Positions 14,111 through 25,182 of a stretch of DNA of 64,000 nt are shown here, in pieces (the first letter of the stretch is position 1; each line of letters opens with the position of its first letter). A program made the translations under genes and the position numbers. The stretch spans positions 33,976,001-34,040,000 of the forward strand of contig CM060731.1 in NCBI GenBank assembly GCA_030704615.1, given 5' to 3'. The notes under the pieces were generated by a model. The model worked only from the letters and a program-made list of their open reading frames with translations, was not told where the DNA came from and made no database searches. This DNA is from Takakia lepidozioides (taxonomy: Eukaryota; Plantae; Bryophyta).

Positions 14111-16984
14111 AAGCCTAAATAAGTGTTGAATAATTACTTCCAAACCATAGTATGAAAAGTGTATTCTTAAGTTCACTTCCAAATATCATATGCTGAATTA
14201 GAATTTAGTTTATACTTTCTACTTCCATGTCAAAAGATATAGTAATCTTTGTATACTCATCTAAAATGATACGCACATTGGACAGATGAACACAGAAAAC
14301 TATTGAAGGGGCCATGAAAATATAGAGACTAGCTTGACATCTTCCATAATCCGAAATTTAGAATCACTGAAGATATCAAAAAATCTATTACAACACATAA
14401 TGGAGCTAGGGTACACCATGTTTTTCAACCTTGATGTTCGATAGAGTTTCCTTGATTAAAAAACCATGTTTTCAAAAAAAAAATAAAAAAAATCCATCCT
14501 CTCTAAAAACGTATAATCTCCCATATTTCACCGTGAAACAATTTCATTTTTGGTGACATGCAGGTGTCAAGTGCGCATCCACATGTAAGGTTCATTTTTC
14601 TGGATGATTTTTGATAGGTAGTTATCCTCATTTTACTGGGCATGGGTAGTAAATTTTAGGTGTCAAAAAATGAACCATATAGGAAGTTAAGGGTTAACTT
14701 CAAATCAATATGGAAAAACAAACTGCTAATGCTAAGAGTGGCAAAAATATGCTTCAAATAAAGAAACACTAAATCCAAATGAAGGGAAAAATATAAACCT
14801 CAAAATTCATACAAACCATCGAAATTCCAACTACTAACGTAAACGAAATAAATGCTAGACAAAGGGACAAGTATAAATTTGAACAAAACTCTCAAACAAG
14901 TGAAATAAATGTTAAAACGCATGACAAAATACAAATTCAAATATCCACCACAACCCACACAATCAATTTCCAATCCAAATGAATTAATCTTCTTGCATCT
15001 CTGCTTCTGTCATAGCAGGGCGTAAATGAGAATATCGGCGCTTCTTAGATGGCATGTTACACGGAGGACAAAACACGATCCACCACAAATCCACACAACC
15101 AATCTTGAGTGAATAGCCAGGCTTGAGTGAATTGTCATCAAACGCCTCCGCCTCCGCAATATTGGTCGTGGGAGCGTCCTGCAATTTTTTTGAAGCCCGT
15201 AGCATGAGGTTACAGTTTTTGGCCTTGGGGAGGTAAGGATGTGGATGCCCATGGCAGCATGAGGGTGCTCTCTTGGAAGAGGTCATTAATTGTTAGTAAT
15301 TATTTTAGAAGATCCTCTTGGCATTGGGGTGCAGTGGACCTTGGCGGCGAGTATGGTTCATAGGGAGCATAGGGTTGGTAACCAATCCATAAGGCGTCGA
15401 TGAAACGCCTTTTGCCTTCGGTGGCTTTCCAACGTCCTTCATCTACAAACTCGAACCTCAACGAAGCAAACAAATTGAAAGGATTACTCACATGGATGGC
15501 TACGAGCAAGAGGGAGAGATCACCACTTTGAATTCCTGAAGCTGTAAGTTGTTGTGAGAATAAACATGCAGGGCAGAGCAATGACGACCCGAATAGTGAA
15601 CTTTCAACGACTGCGCTCTGGCGGATGCAACGGTAGAATAGTTTAAATCTTAAATTTCAACATCTCTGCTGGACTATGCGATCCGTTCGGCAAGAATATT
15701 ATTTATCGGGAGGGAGCGGGCATACACCACCAATGAGGACAATCGAGAATATGCATGATGCGATGGTAGAATTTAAATATACTTCAAATACACTGGAGAG
15801 ACAAAATGCAAGTAAAGAAGGGGGAATTTTCGGACTCTTCATTCTTTGGTGTTTATATGATGTGGATTTAATATCTCAACAGATTTGGATGCAATGCACA
15901 CTTTGGTTCTCTGTGTACTGAAGAAGTATACAAAATTCTTTGTTGATATTGTTGCAAAAACACCGTCTTAAAGGGTAGAATTGAGAATGCATTAAGTATA
16001 GCTACAATTGCACGATCACAAGATTTGGGTTCAAGATGGCCTTAATTTCCTATAACCCGTTTAGGATTTTGGAAGGCAGATGAATATCAAAATTTTGTTA
16101 TGTGGTGTTACCCATGCATATTGGATCATATGGATATCATAAAAGACTCAATTTTGGGTGGTTCGGGGTTTATCCTTATTGAAATATGTCGATTTTTTTA
16201 TGCACAAAATAGAGAAGCAGGTTGGACAAAAATAATTTTGAAGGTGGCACCCCCCCTATATATAGGTTTTTTGTAGGTTCTTTTCTACGTTATACTCTCG
16301 CACACTGTCCGATTTTGGCAAAGTAAAAAAAAATGATTCGGCGAAGTTCGAGCAAGGGAACAACAACTATATCTGGGTGGCGTGGGTTGGGGGAGTGTGA
16401 GCCAGTTTGGCACATTGCAAAACGTATTTTTGATATTATACATGACTCAGGGAGGCTCATAAGCAGAGCGCTTAAAAGCTCAACGAACAAAAATTGGTTT
16501 CTTTTCCTCTTCACGGGCTGGCTTATTCTCGGCAGGCCTTCACGAAGCAGTGAATTAAGTGGGAAGCCAAAAAAATCTTTATTTTCGACTGCTTCATTCT
16601 CTCAAACACAATTAGTTAGTTTAAGATCTATTAAACTGTGGACGAGGATTTTTTTTTTTTTTTTTTGCTGCCCTCATTAGCACAAAATGATCCATATTAT
16701 CTCTCCAGCTGCGCCATTGATGGATTATTATTTTATGACGAAACGTTAGAAAATTCCTACGTATTTTGAATTATTACGACCCTATTTTTTTACGTTACGT
16801 CATTTTCGCTACGTACAAATTCTCATTGGATTTCAAATACACTTCTAGTGCTTGGCGTGTGAGATCAGAGGAGGGTTTCGGATTTAGTTCATCCCCATTG
16901 GAGTATGTGGCAAGTACTTTATTATGACAAATTAATTTAATTTATAAACTTATACTAATAAATTTGATTCAAGAAGTAGAGATA

Positions 16985-17271
16985 TTTTGGATAATATTAT
17001 AACACACGAAAGTCATGATATTTACTGGTGTTATGCATTAGAATATGAAGTAAAATATTATGTGAGTATTTTTACCAACCAAAAGTTAAATGAAAGTACA
17101 TATACCAAATTTCATGCTCAAACTTGGTTCACCCATATTTTTATTCAACGACAAGAACATAAAAACGGTCTTTCTCCAGAACAGAGGGTAACTGAAGTTT
17201 TTCATAAGACTTTGGTACAACATTTCGATTGGAGACAATGTGAAGTAGAGAAAATATTTTACTTAATATGA
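16985..17271 (+). mobile_element. Possible CACTA/EnSpm transposase C-terminal fragment
   Basis: HDIYWCYALEYEVKYYVSIFTNQKLNESTY resembles the W-x-Y/F-x-F-E-R...N...E-x-T/S region of Tnp2-type proteins; recalled similarity only. Confidence 0.4.
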
Positions 17272-17369
17272 CATGATTTGCTTGCGTACTTAATACAACC
17301 CAAAATTGGCTTTGTTTTGTGGTTTAGGCTTCGATTAGCTCTTATACTTTCCTAGATTTTCTCATTTAG

Positions 17370-17860
17370 TTTATGTGGTTTTGCAGGTTGGCGATTTTTA
17401 TTCCAAATTAGTACATCTTCAAATATGCATGAAGGCTGAAGTCATCACTGTCCTGCAACCGTTTCTATCATTTGCTTCGTCATTTTCTACACGATGTGTC
17501 AATGATATGTTGGTTCTTATTATAAACCCTCGTTATAAGAGTCTAATCTTGATCTCGGATTACGTGAGCTGAGAGGCTGCTGTCCTCATTGTTGCACAAT
17601 ATGGTCAAAATATTCTCATGTCTCTTTTGCTGTGAGTTTTCAATTATTTTAATCCAAGTAACAATAACAACAATGTTATTGTCAGTCCCATCATTCATAC
17701 TGGATTACTTGGGTCTATGGTCTCTTATGAAGACAACAATTGGCCTCCTCAAATCGGAATTATCCTTGTTTAAGAGATTGGCAGTTTCTTTGAATGATTG
17801 TAATCCATGAGCAGGGTGGAAGGACCATGAGATGCAATTTCCCAATCCAGCAAATGAAGC
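17370..17860 (+). mobile_element. hAT transposase C-terminal (dimerisation-region) fragment, degenerate
   Basis: VLQPFLSF...NDMLVLIINPRYKSL..DYV and ELSLFKRL....CNP*AGWKDHEMQFP correspond to LDPRFK...PL-WW-HE-FP; contains stops. Confidence 0.7.
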
Positions 17861-17863
17861 TCA

Positions 17864-17986
17864 AATACTTGACTACATGAGGTACTTCAGTAGAGACAAA
17901 GACAAGCCAAGTACTCGATTGAGCAAATACTTGACTACATGAGGTACTTCAGCATAGACAAAGACAAGCCAACTATTCAATTGAGC
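17864..17986. repeat. Direct tandem duplication, 2 x ~62 bp
   Basis: AAATACTTGACTACATGAGGTACTTCAG..AGACAAAGACAAGCCAA..ATTGAGC occurs twice. Confidence 0.85.
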
Positions 17987-17990
17987 CTTA

Positions 17991-18442
17991 GAGCATCTCC
18001 AACGGTGTCCCGCCATCGGGCCCCGCCAAGCTGCTCAGGGCATGGAGTTTGGCGTGGATTTGAGGCTCCGTACATGCGACTCGCGGAACAACGTTCACCG
18101 GGGTCACGCTAAATCCAGCGCCAAGTTGGGCTGGTCAATTTGCGGATGTCACGTTCTGGCTCCAAGCTGCGTCACACCTGCTATTCCTATCCCCAAAAGC
18201 AAGAGCGCGTGTTCTTTATACCTCTACACGATGTGCACGTACTAGACTTGCTCCCCAGTGCTTGGGCGTGCACGTGCACGCTTGGCGGAGGCTCGGCGAG
18301 GTACGCCAAATATGTAAAATATGGCATACCCCTGACCTTGGCGTAGGTGCGCCAAATATAGTGTTGGCCGGGTGCGGTGGGTCGCGATCCGGGAAACGGC
18401 CTAGCAAAATGGCATAGCGTACCTACGTTGGGTAGGATGCTC
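17991..18442. mobile_element. Tourist/PIF-Harbinger-type MITE
   Basis: TIR GAGCATCTCCAAC ... GTTGGGTAGGATGCTC; TTA target-site duplication at 17988-17990 and 18443-18445; GC-rich interior. Confidence 0.8.
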
Positions 18443-18699
18443 TTAATCATATAAGCCATAAGCACGTGGAGGCAGTAAAGAACATAATTAGCACCAAGTC
18501 AAAGTCAATCATGTCATAGTTATGTGGAGAATGTCGATGTCAATAATGTCCTTGTTTCAGTCATAATTGTGTCAAGTACCAAGTGCAAGACAATACTAAC
18601 AAAATTAAACAAGGTAATTAATACATTTAACAGTATGGAGCAAAATACTACCGCCACTTCAGTCCTCTAAAAGATTTAAATGAAAGCAACAAATATGTT

Positions 18700-19500
18700 T
18701 TGGCTAGATGAGGCCCCAAACAATCTTAATGAAAGTAAGAAATATATATCATTGGGATCGTCTTTCCGAACAATTTCTCGGTGCATCCGAACACAAAAAT
18801 TAATTGCAGTAGCAATGGCGTCAAACAACAACCAATAATCACGGGTTTGATTTAGAACCACGGGTGTCATGGTACTCGATTTTGTAGTGCCACGGTTTGT
18901 CGTGAGTAACAAATATTAATGGCGTCTCGGAATTCAAGGGTCTCTTTGAATAAAATTACCTTTGACACAAAGCGCGTCTTCATAGGAGTCTTGAGTTTCC
19001 TAGGACGAAGTCCAACATCTACGCACGCCATTGCTCATTCATATCGATATTTTCCAGACTTCTTAGTCCACGTGATAGTCTTTTAAAGGGCGGTCTGCAT
19101 CTCTTTCCCTCATTTCAGCACATACTTTGATGTCGTCTGCTGCATATTGGCAGCATTTCGACATCACATGGCCAGAACAATGACATATATGAGGCTCATT
19201 TAGCTGCAAAGGAGCACATGAAACAACATTGCAAGTAGAGGGCAGCGGCGAGAGTATTCACATAGACAATAATATTGTCGCACAGATTAAAAGAACTCAA
19301 TAATTTTTTCACCAGCATCGCCATCGCAACTCCACTAGTGTCATGGGCCTCAAACACACCCACAGTAATGTCATGGAACCCATTGCTCATTCAGAAAATT
19401 AATTACCAAAGCAAAAGTGTCATTACCCTCCCCGTGACATTCACAAATCAAATGAAGCAGTAACAGTTAGACAACCATCAAGAAATGGCATTATATATCT
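18700..19500 (-). mobile_element. hAT transposase catalytic-region fragment, degenerate
   Basis: ITVGVFEAHDTSGVAMAMLVKKLLSSFNL; KTITWTKKSGK...ACVDVGLRPRKLKTPMKTRFVSKVILFKETLEF; stops and frameshifts. Confidence 0.75.
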
Positions 19501-20458
19501 CTCCATGGTCTTGATGAAACCTTGTAAGATTTTATTGGCTCCTCCCTCAAGAAGAGACCACGCATCAGTTTTGAAAAAGTGAGATGATCCTGATATACCT
19601 ACACCCGAAGGATATAACACCCTCGGATTGTAGATAAACCTGCCCTAGTTAGCAATGTATGTTAATATGGAGGAGCTCCATAAACCTGTAGTTAATGAGG
19701 TGGGTATCACATTAATTGCAGTCAAGAGGAAAAGGTGAGGAGTTCGAATCCTTCTAAAACAACTTTTTGAATATGTAAACAACTAGGATGAGAAAGGAAC
19801 AACCTAAACAACTACGATGGAAAAAAAAAAAACATAGCTATAGCTCATTAATAGCAGTCAAGATCATTCAATATAATGCAGAAGAGTTTATATATATATA
19901 TATATATTGTCATGTCACTATGTTTTAAGATAGCAGGTGTAGCGTATTGGTAAGGAAGTGGAATCTTCTACAAGTGGTGATGCATTCAAACCTTTATACT
20001 AGAAGAACCGCCTTATTTTTTAATAGGTTGACAATTTGGATGAATAAATTCACAGCAAATGAAAAAGGTGGCCGCGGAGGAGGATGTAAAAAGAAAGGGT
20101 GGCAGAAATGCGTTAAAATATACTAAAAATGTTTGTTTTTGAAAAGGACATGTGTCAGCAAGTTTAGGACTTAAAAATAATAAATAATAAATTAAAAAAT
20201 AAAAAAGGGCCGATAGCTGGCTCTCCGTCATCAAGGCCCTCTCCAATATCCGTCATGTGGGGCGTTTCTCTTTGAATCATGTGAGAGACTTAGTTGGTTT
20301 CGAAGAGCATGCTGCTTGATTTTTATTTTGCATTCAAACGTATAGCATAACATAGCATAACATATCATAGTATAATCTTGCCTTGCTTTGCTTTGCTTGG
20401 CTTTTACTTGCTTTTCTAGTTTTCCAGGACAATATTTGGCTTTACAAGCTTCTCATGT

Positions 20459-20554
20459 TGTTGTCCACACAACATACTTGGATTTTACAAATCCATTTTT
20501 GTTGTATGTGTGTTTTTTGTTTAATACACGAGTGTTTCAAGAAGGAAACAAATG
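20459..20554 (+). repeat. 96-bp perfect inverted repeat, left arm (partner at 23256-23351)
   Basis: TGTTGTCCACACAACATAC...AAGGAAACAAATG is the exact reverse complement of 23256-23351. Confidence 0.95.
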
Positions 20555-20966
20555 TGTGCCACATCTTGCTTACCTGCACCGTCCTGAGCAATATGTGTGC
20601 CACATGCTACATTGAGGGGACAAGCAAGATGAGGACAGTTCAGTACCTTGATGAATTTGTACATGCTACTCAAGTGATAGAGTGTAGAACCAGTGTAGGG
20701 TTGAGAGTGGCATCCAGGAGTTCAGGGGAAAAACTGTTGCATTCCTTGCTGCATATATGATCACAGCCCCGGATTTGTTGGTCTTCTATGCCTGTGGAGG
20801 CTCTACCAAATAGAGACTGGGAATTATGACAAGATTTTGGAGAATATTTTTCCAACAACCTGAGATAGACTAATGGAAGGGTCAATGTAGAGTCATTGGA
20901 TCAAGCTGAGGCTTCAGGTTGGACTCTATTGAGAGATAACAAACATTTATCTGTCTCTTCAAGTAA

Positions 20967-22322
20967 TTATGAAATACACCACAAGATCCATAGGTTGAAG
21001 GCAGACAACACGGGTGTGGCTACAAAGAATAGACTCATTTTGTTCGCGTTGTTTATGGGAACAGTACCGATTTCAAACATAACATAATTCAGTCCGGAAG
21101 AGACCTGAAAGATCTGAACGTTATCTAACAAAGGTCCAAAGCTTCCAGGGATTTTGCTCACAAATGTCAGTTTGGTGCTGGTGTCAGGTGTCTTGTTGAG
21201 AAATGTGAGGTTTTTGGTTTGCCAACCCACACTGGACGTGGAATATCCAGTGGTTTTCATGCGAACAGTAACGGAACTCAAAAGTTTTCCACTGGGCACA
21301 CCCTCCACCTTCACATAGAGATCACCCTCAATTTCCTCAGCTGGCGTTGGGTTTACCGCTGTGTCAAACAAGACATTGTATCGACTGCTTGATGATGTAT
21401 TGAAAGTTGTGCTGAGGGTGGCAGTAGTTCCTTGACAGCTCAAATCTAGAAGGGTCCATGTGTTATCAGTTGAAGGTTGGAGCCCCCCTAGGCTTGTGTT
21501 AAAGATTGACATCATCCCTGCTTCTAGCGACCATTTGTTTATTGCAAAGGACGGAGCATAAAGCAGCACCGAGGACGTTGAACCGTCAAACTGCACACTT
21601 ACACTTGGGTCTAGTTGTTCAAAGCTTCCGTTCTCTAACAAGTTGTCCAGAGTGACCTGGATGTTTGCCACCAAGACACCATATGGACCTTGGACAAGGG
21701 AGGCGAGATACAAAATAGTGGGCACCCCAGTGCCTAGCATTTTACAAGAGATAGTCTGCCATTGGATAGCCTGGCGGGAGATGCTGACATTCTTCGCTGC
21801 AAATGGGTTATATACGGGTCCGACTCTTCTTCCAAAAATGTTGAAGAGAATGACGCGCAAGGCTTTTGGCTGAGGCCCTCCGTCAGGGTTGTCAGCAATG
21901 CTCATCGATATGGTATAGATTGCACCCTTACGAGGGGTGTACATAGGCATGCTAATTATGTGGCCTGGTCCCCCTCGAAAATTCATGTGGAGAATGCGAG
22001 AACAATTGAAATTGGGGGGCGCCATGTATGATTCCGTTTCCAAAAGTTGCAGCCCTCCATGGACAGCAATCCAGTAAGGCAACATAGTTTTTATGCCGTT
22101 GGCAATGATGTCCGAAGAATAGTACATTCCAAACGGGGAACTCCATATGACCGTCTCAAAGTCCCCATTTTGTAGGAGGTTTGGTGCATCAGAGTCTGTT
22201 TCATCGATCAGCATGAGAGACAACGCAAGTGTTATAGGCAACAGCAGCCTGAGAACACGCAAAGCCATACCAGGGGAACATCTGTCTCTTTCCACCACTT
22301 TCCTCCAGTCTTTTGAAGTCAT
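20967..22322 (-). CDS. Secreted DUF642-like protein (two galactose-binding-like domains, hydrophobic C-terminus, possible GPI anchor), intronless, 451 aa; M20 may be the true start
   Basis: Signal-like MALRVLRLLLPITLALSLML; NLLQNGDFE and NLLENGSFE domain starts; GPYGVLVANIQV and SFGPLLDNVQI domain ends; SSVGWQT motif. Confidence 0.8.
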   Translation of the reverse strand: MTSKDWRKVVERDRCSPGMALRVLRLLLPITLALSLMLIDETDSDAPNLLQNGDFETVIWSSPFGMYYSSDIIANGIKTMLPYWIAVHGGLQLLETESYMAPPNFNCSRILHMNFRGGPGHIISMPMYTPRKGAIYTISMSIADNPDGGPQPKALRVILFNIFGRRVGPVYNPFAAKNVSISRQAIQWQTISCKMLGTGVPTILYLASLVQGPYGVLVANIQVTLDNLLENGSFEQLDPSVSVQFDGSTSSVLLYAPSFAINKWSLEAGMMSIFNTSLGGLQPSTDNTWTLLDLSCQGTTATLSTTFNTSSSSRYNVLFDTAVNPTPAEEIEGDLYVKVEGVPSGKLLSSVTVRMKTTGYSTSSVGWQTKNLTFLNKTPDTSTKLTFVSKIPGSFGPLLDNVQIFQVSSGLNYVMFEIGTVPINNANKMSLFFVATPVLSAFNLWILWCIS

Positions 22323-23255
22323 CGAATATGTCGAATCAAAATCACTTGAAAGACTTCACCTTTCGATTTGTGGAAGGGCAACCACTATCACACATCGCTT
22401 CTCTACAAATAGTTACTTGGATGTATTTGTCTGTCCACAAGTCTCTGTCGTCTTTGGGCTCCCTGGCTGCCTCTCATGATACACCATGGTTTGATCTTAC
22501 ATAGTGAAATTGTTGCCCTGATCGTAACCTGCAGTTCGAATATGAAAACTTGTGTACATATCTGTAATACTCCACCAGCTGTTGTCACTTGCGCTTTGCA
22601 TATTTTTTGTGCCTGTCTCTCTGGCTCCCTTCATTTTCCAGTATCATATGTACCTTTGTATCAGGGAAGGAACGAGCTTACACCTTCCTCTCGGCATCCT
22701 ACCCCTTACCTATATTCAAATTTCATCTCTCTCCTCTTTGAACCATTTCTCGCTGTCTACCCGCAAAGGCGGTCTTCCCTCCGGTGAATTTAGGATGGTC
22801 GTGCATAGACTGTTCCCTAGAAGAAACCTTGATCTTTTCCTCTCCCTCGTCCACGAACTTGACATCATTTTGTACATTCTTCATGTAGGTATCATTTGAC
22901 ACCACCAGCAACTCTTTCTTGCTCTTCAACTCTCTATTTCTGATAAGTTTGCACATCTCCCTAGAAGCCATACTCTCTGTGGTTGCCATTTAGCTCCAAG
23001 CTCCACTTCTTTGCGCATCGGTTCTTCGAGAGGTAGTTACACAAATTGGAGAGCATGAAGAGACTCCAAATTGGTTATGCTGAACAACATGGATTAACCG
23101 CACATCGCCGTAAACTTTCAAACGGAAGGGACCTCCGTTGATCGGGAGGGTCCTCCTTTGCAGTGAAGGGTCCGCGGATGTATCATGTTTTATTACGCAC
23201 GGCCCTACATTTTTTTTATTTTTTTTTCAAACTTCATTAAAGTTTGAATAATATG

Positions 23256-23351
23256 CATTTGTTTCCTTCTTGAAACACTCGTGTATTAAACAAAAAACAC
23301 ACATACAACAAAAATGGATTTGTAAAATCCAAGTATGTTGTGTGGACAACA
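23256..23351 (-). repeat. 96-bp perfect inverted repeat, right arm
   Basis: Exact reverse complement of 20459-20554. Confidence 0.95.
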
Positions 23352-24136
23352 TCACAAGCAAGACCTTCAATTTTCTACCTTGGTTCCATATACTAAATAA
23401 TAAATTATCAAACAATTCTATTTTCTTAATATTATTGAGAGCATATTAAACATATTCACTTCATAGTACCATTATTCTACTCATTATTTCCTTAGTTTCT
23501 TAGAGAGATATCTAGAGTCTTATCAGGTATACTAATTAAATTACATAAATAAATTAATATTTCAAATTTACTCAGGATTTTTAAATTTAATTAAATATTT
23601 CAAATTTACAGTTCTATATTTTAACAATTGAAGGTTTTACATGTTACGGTTTCAGAGTGTCTACAAGTTTAATTAGGGATATTCCAGGGTTTCCAATGTA
23701 TATTAAGGTTTTATACATTTAAGCTTCTACAAATTAAACTAAAAACAAGAAATTTAGGGCTTCATGATATTTTAGGATTTCTACAATTTACTAGGGATAC
23801 CTGTTACATAGCCATTTACATAATAGGGTTTCAAAGAGTCTAATTAAATTAGGGATATTTCAGGGTTTTTCAGTTCAATTAGGGTTTTATATATTTAAGT
23901 TTTATAAAAATAAAAATAAAATCATGGAATTTACGGCTTCACGATATTTTAGTGTTTCTAAATTTTAAAATTCACTTCTATCTATATGTTTATGGTACTT
24001 CAAGTTTATTCTTGAATACATTTCTTTATAGTTTATCTAATACTAATATTAATCTAAGATATTAGAATTTTCAATATTGTAAACATGGATTGTGACATTG
24101 ATTTTGTATTGCAACGTCAACATTTACAGTGTATAC

Positions 24137-25182
24137 CAGTGTTGTGCGGGTATATTGATTTCAATATACCCTTAGGGTATAAGTAAATTATTTTTGTCAA
24201 ATCATTTACCCTCCGGGTATGGATAATTGAAATCTCAAAAAATCATTTATCCTCCGGGTATGGATAAATTAACTTTTCAGATTTCTATATAACCCCCGGG
24301 TATGGATATACATGCCAAAATATACCCTGAGGGTATGAATAGTTTCCGGGTATGGATAGTTATTTCCATTAATATATAATTTAATGATTTTAAAGAATAT
24401 ATGATGTTCTTCAATATGTACAAAACACACACAAAAAAAAATCTATGGTAAAAGAGAAAATTGATAAGATATTGCATAATATTTTGGTGTTAATTTCCAA
24501 TGCAAGATGGAGGAGATTATAAAAAAAGCACATCGGCTGGTAGCTCAGCTGATAAGTGCACAATGTGTGTCACTTAGGTGGTTCGGGGTTCGAACCCGCT
24601 GCCCTGCCCTACCCCGCCCCGCCCCGTGTGTGGGATTGTTGTGTGACGGCATGTCTGCGCGTTGATCGTATCGTAGGTCTCATGGCCCATAAATGAAAGG
24701 GGGTTAATCTTTCTCCCTCCTCGCATGAATTGTGGGAATAAATAAATAAAAACCCCTCAAGGACCTAAATTGTGGGTTGTCAAGTTTCCTTATATATATA
24801 TGCGAGATGGTATTGTTTGGATTACATGACATTTAAGGAATGATATATATGTAACATTTGTTTTAGCTGTGATTGGAGCTTTCTTATAGCTCAAGGCTCC
24901 CTAACAACACAACAAAAAGAGAAAAGACGTAGCACATAAAGGCCCTTATATACCCTGATTAGATATACCCTTCAATTTAACATATACCCTTCAGGAAAGT
25001 AGGGTATATTGAGGGTCTTGATGCAGGTAAATATAAGGATAAGGGTATATCATAAAAATATACCCTGATATAAGGGGGCACATCCGGGTACCTAAACTTG
25101 CCACACCAGGGTATACATATATCAATATACCTGATATACCCGGCGGATATATCAGGGTAATTCATATACCCGCCCAAAACTG
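24137..25182. mobile_element. hAT-type non-autonomous element inserted in the Helentron OTU coding region
   Basis: TIR CAGTGTTGTGCGGGTATAT ... ATATACCCGCCCAAAACTG; perfect 8-bp TSD GTGTATAC (24129-24136, 25183-25190); many TATACCC/GGGTAT subterminal motifs. Confidence 0.9.
24535..24800 (+). mobile_element. tRNA-derived SINE (related subfamily) nested in the hAT element
   Basis: A box TAGCTCAGCTGA, B box GGTTCGAACCC; shares TGAAAG.GGTTA.T.TTTCTC with SINE copies 1 and 2; (TA)n tail. Confidence 0.65.

Noticed and set aside
14984-15921. Short ORFs in a repeat-like region
   Set aside because: Possibly TE-derived, but no motif could be supported.
17864-17986. Repeats as a CRISPR-like array
   Set aside because: Only two adjacent copies, no spacers, eukaryotic context.
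19690-20000. tRNA-like A/B-box motifs (GTTCGAATCC at ~19742; GTAGCGTATTGG at ~19939)
   Set aside because: No convincing cloverleaf or acceptor stem; probably degenerate repeat heads. The SINE heads elsewhere are likewise not tRNA genes.
20459-23351. LTR retrotransposon suggested by TG...CA termini
   Set aside because: The repeats are inverted rather than direct; no PBS, PPT, TSD or gag/pol.
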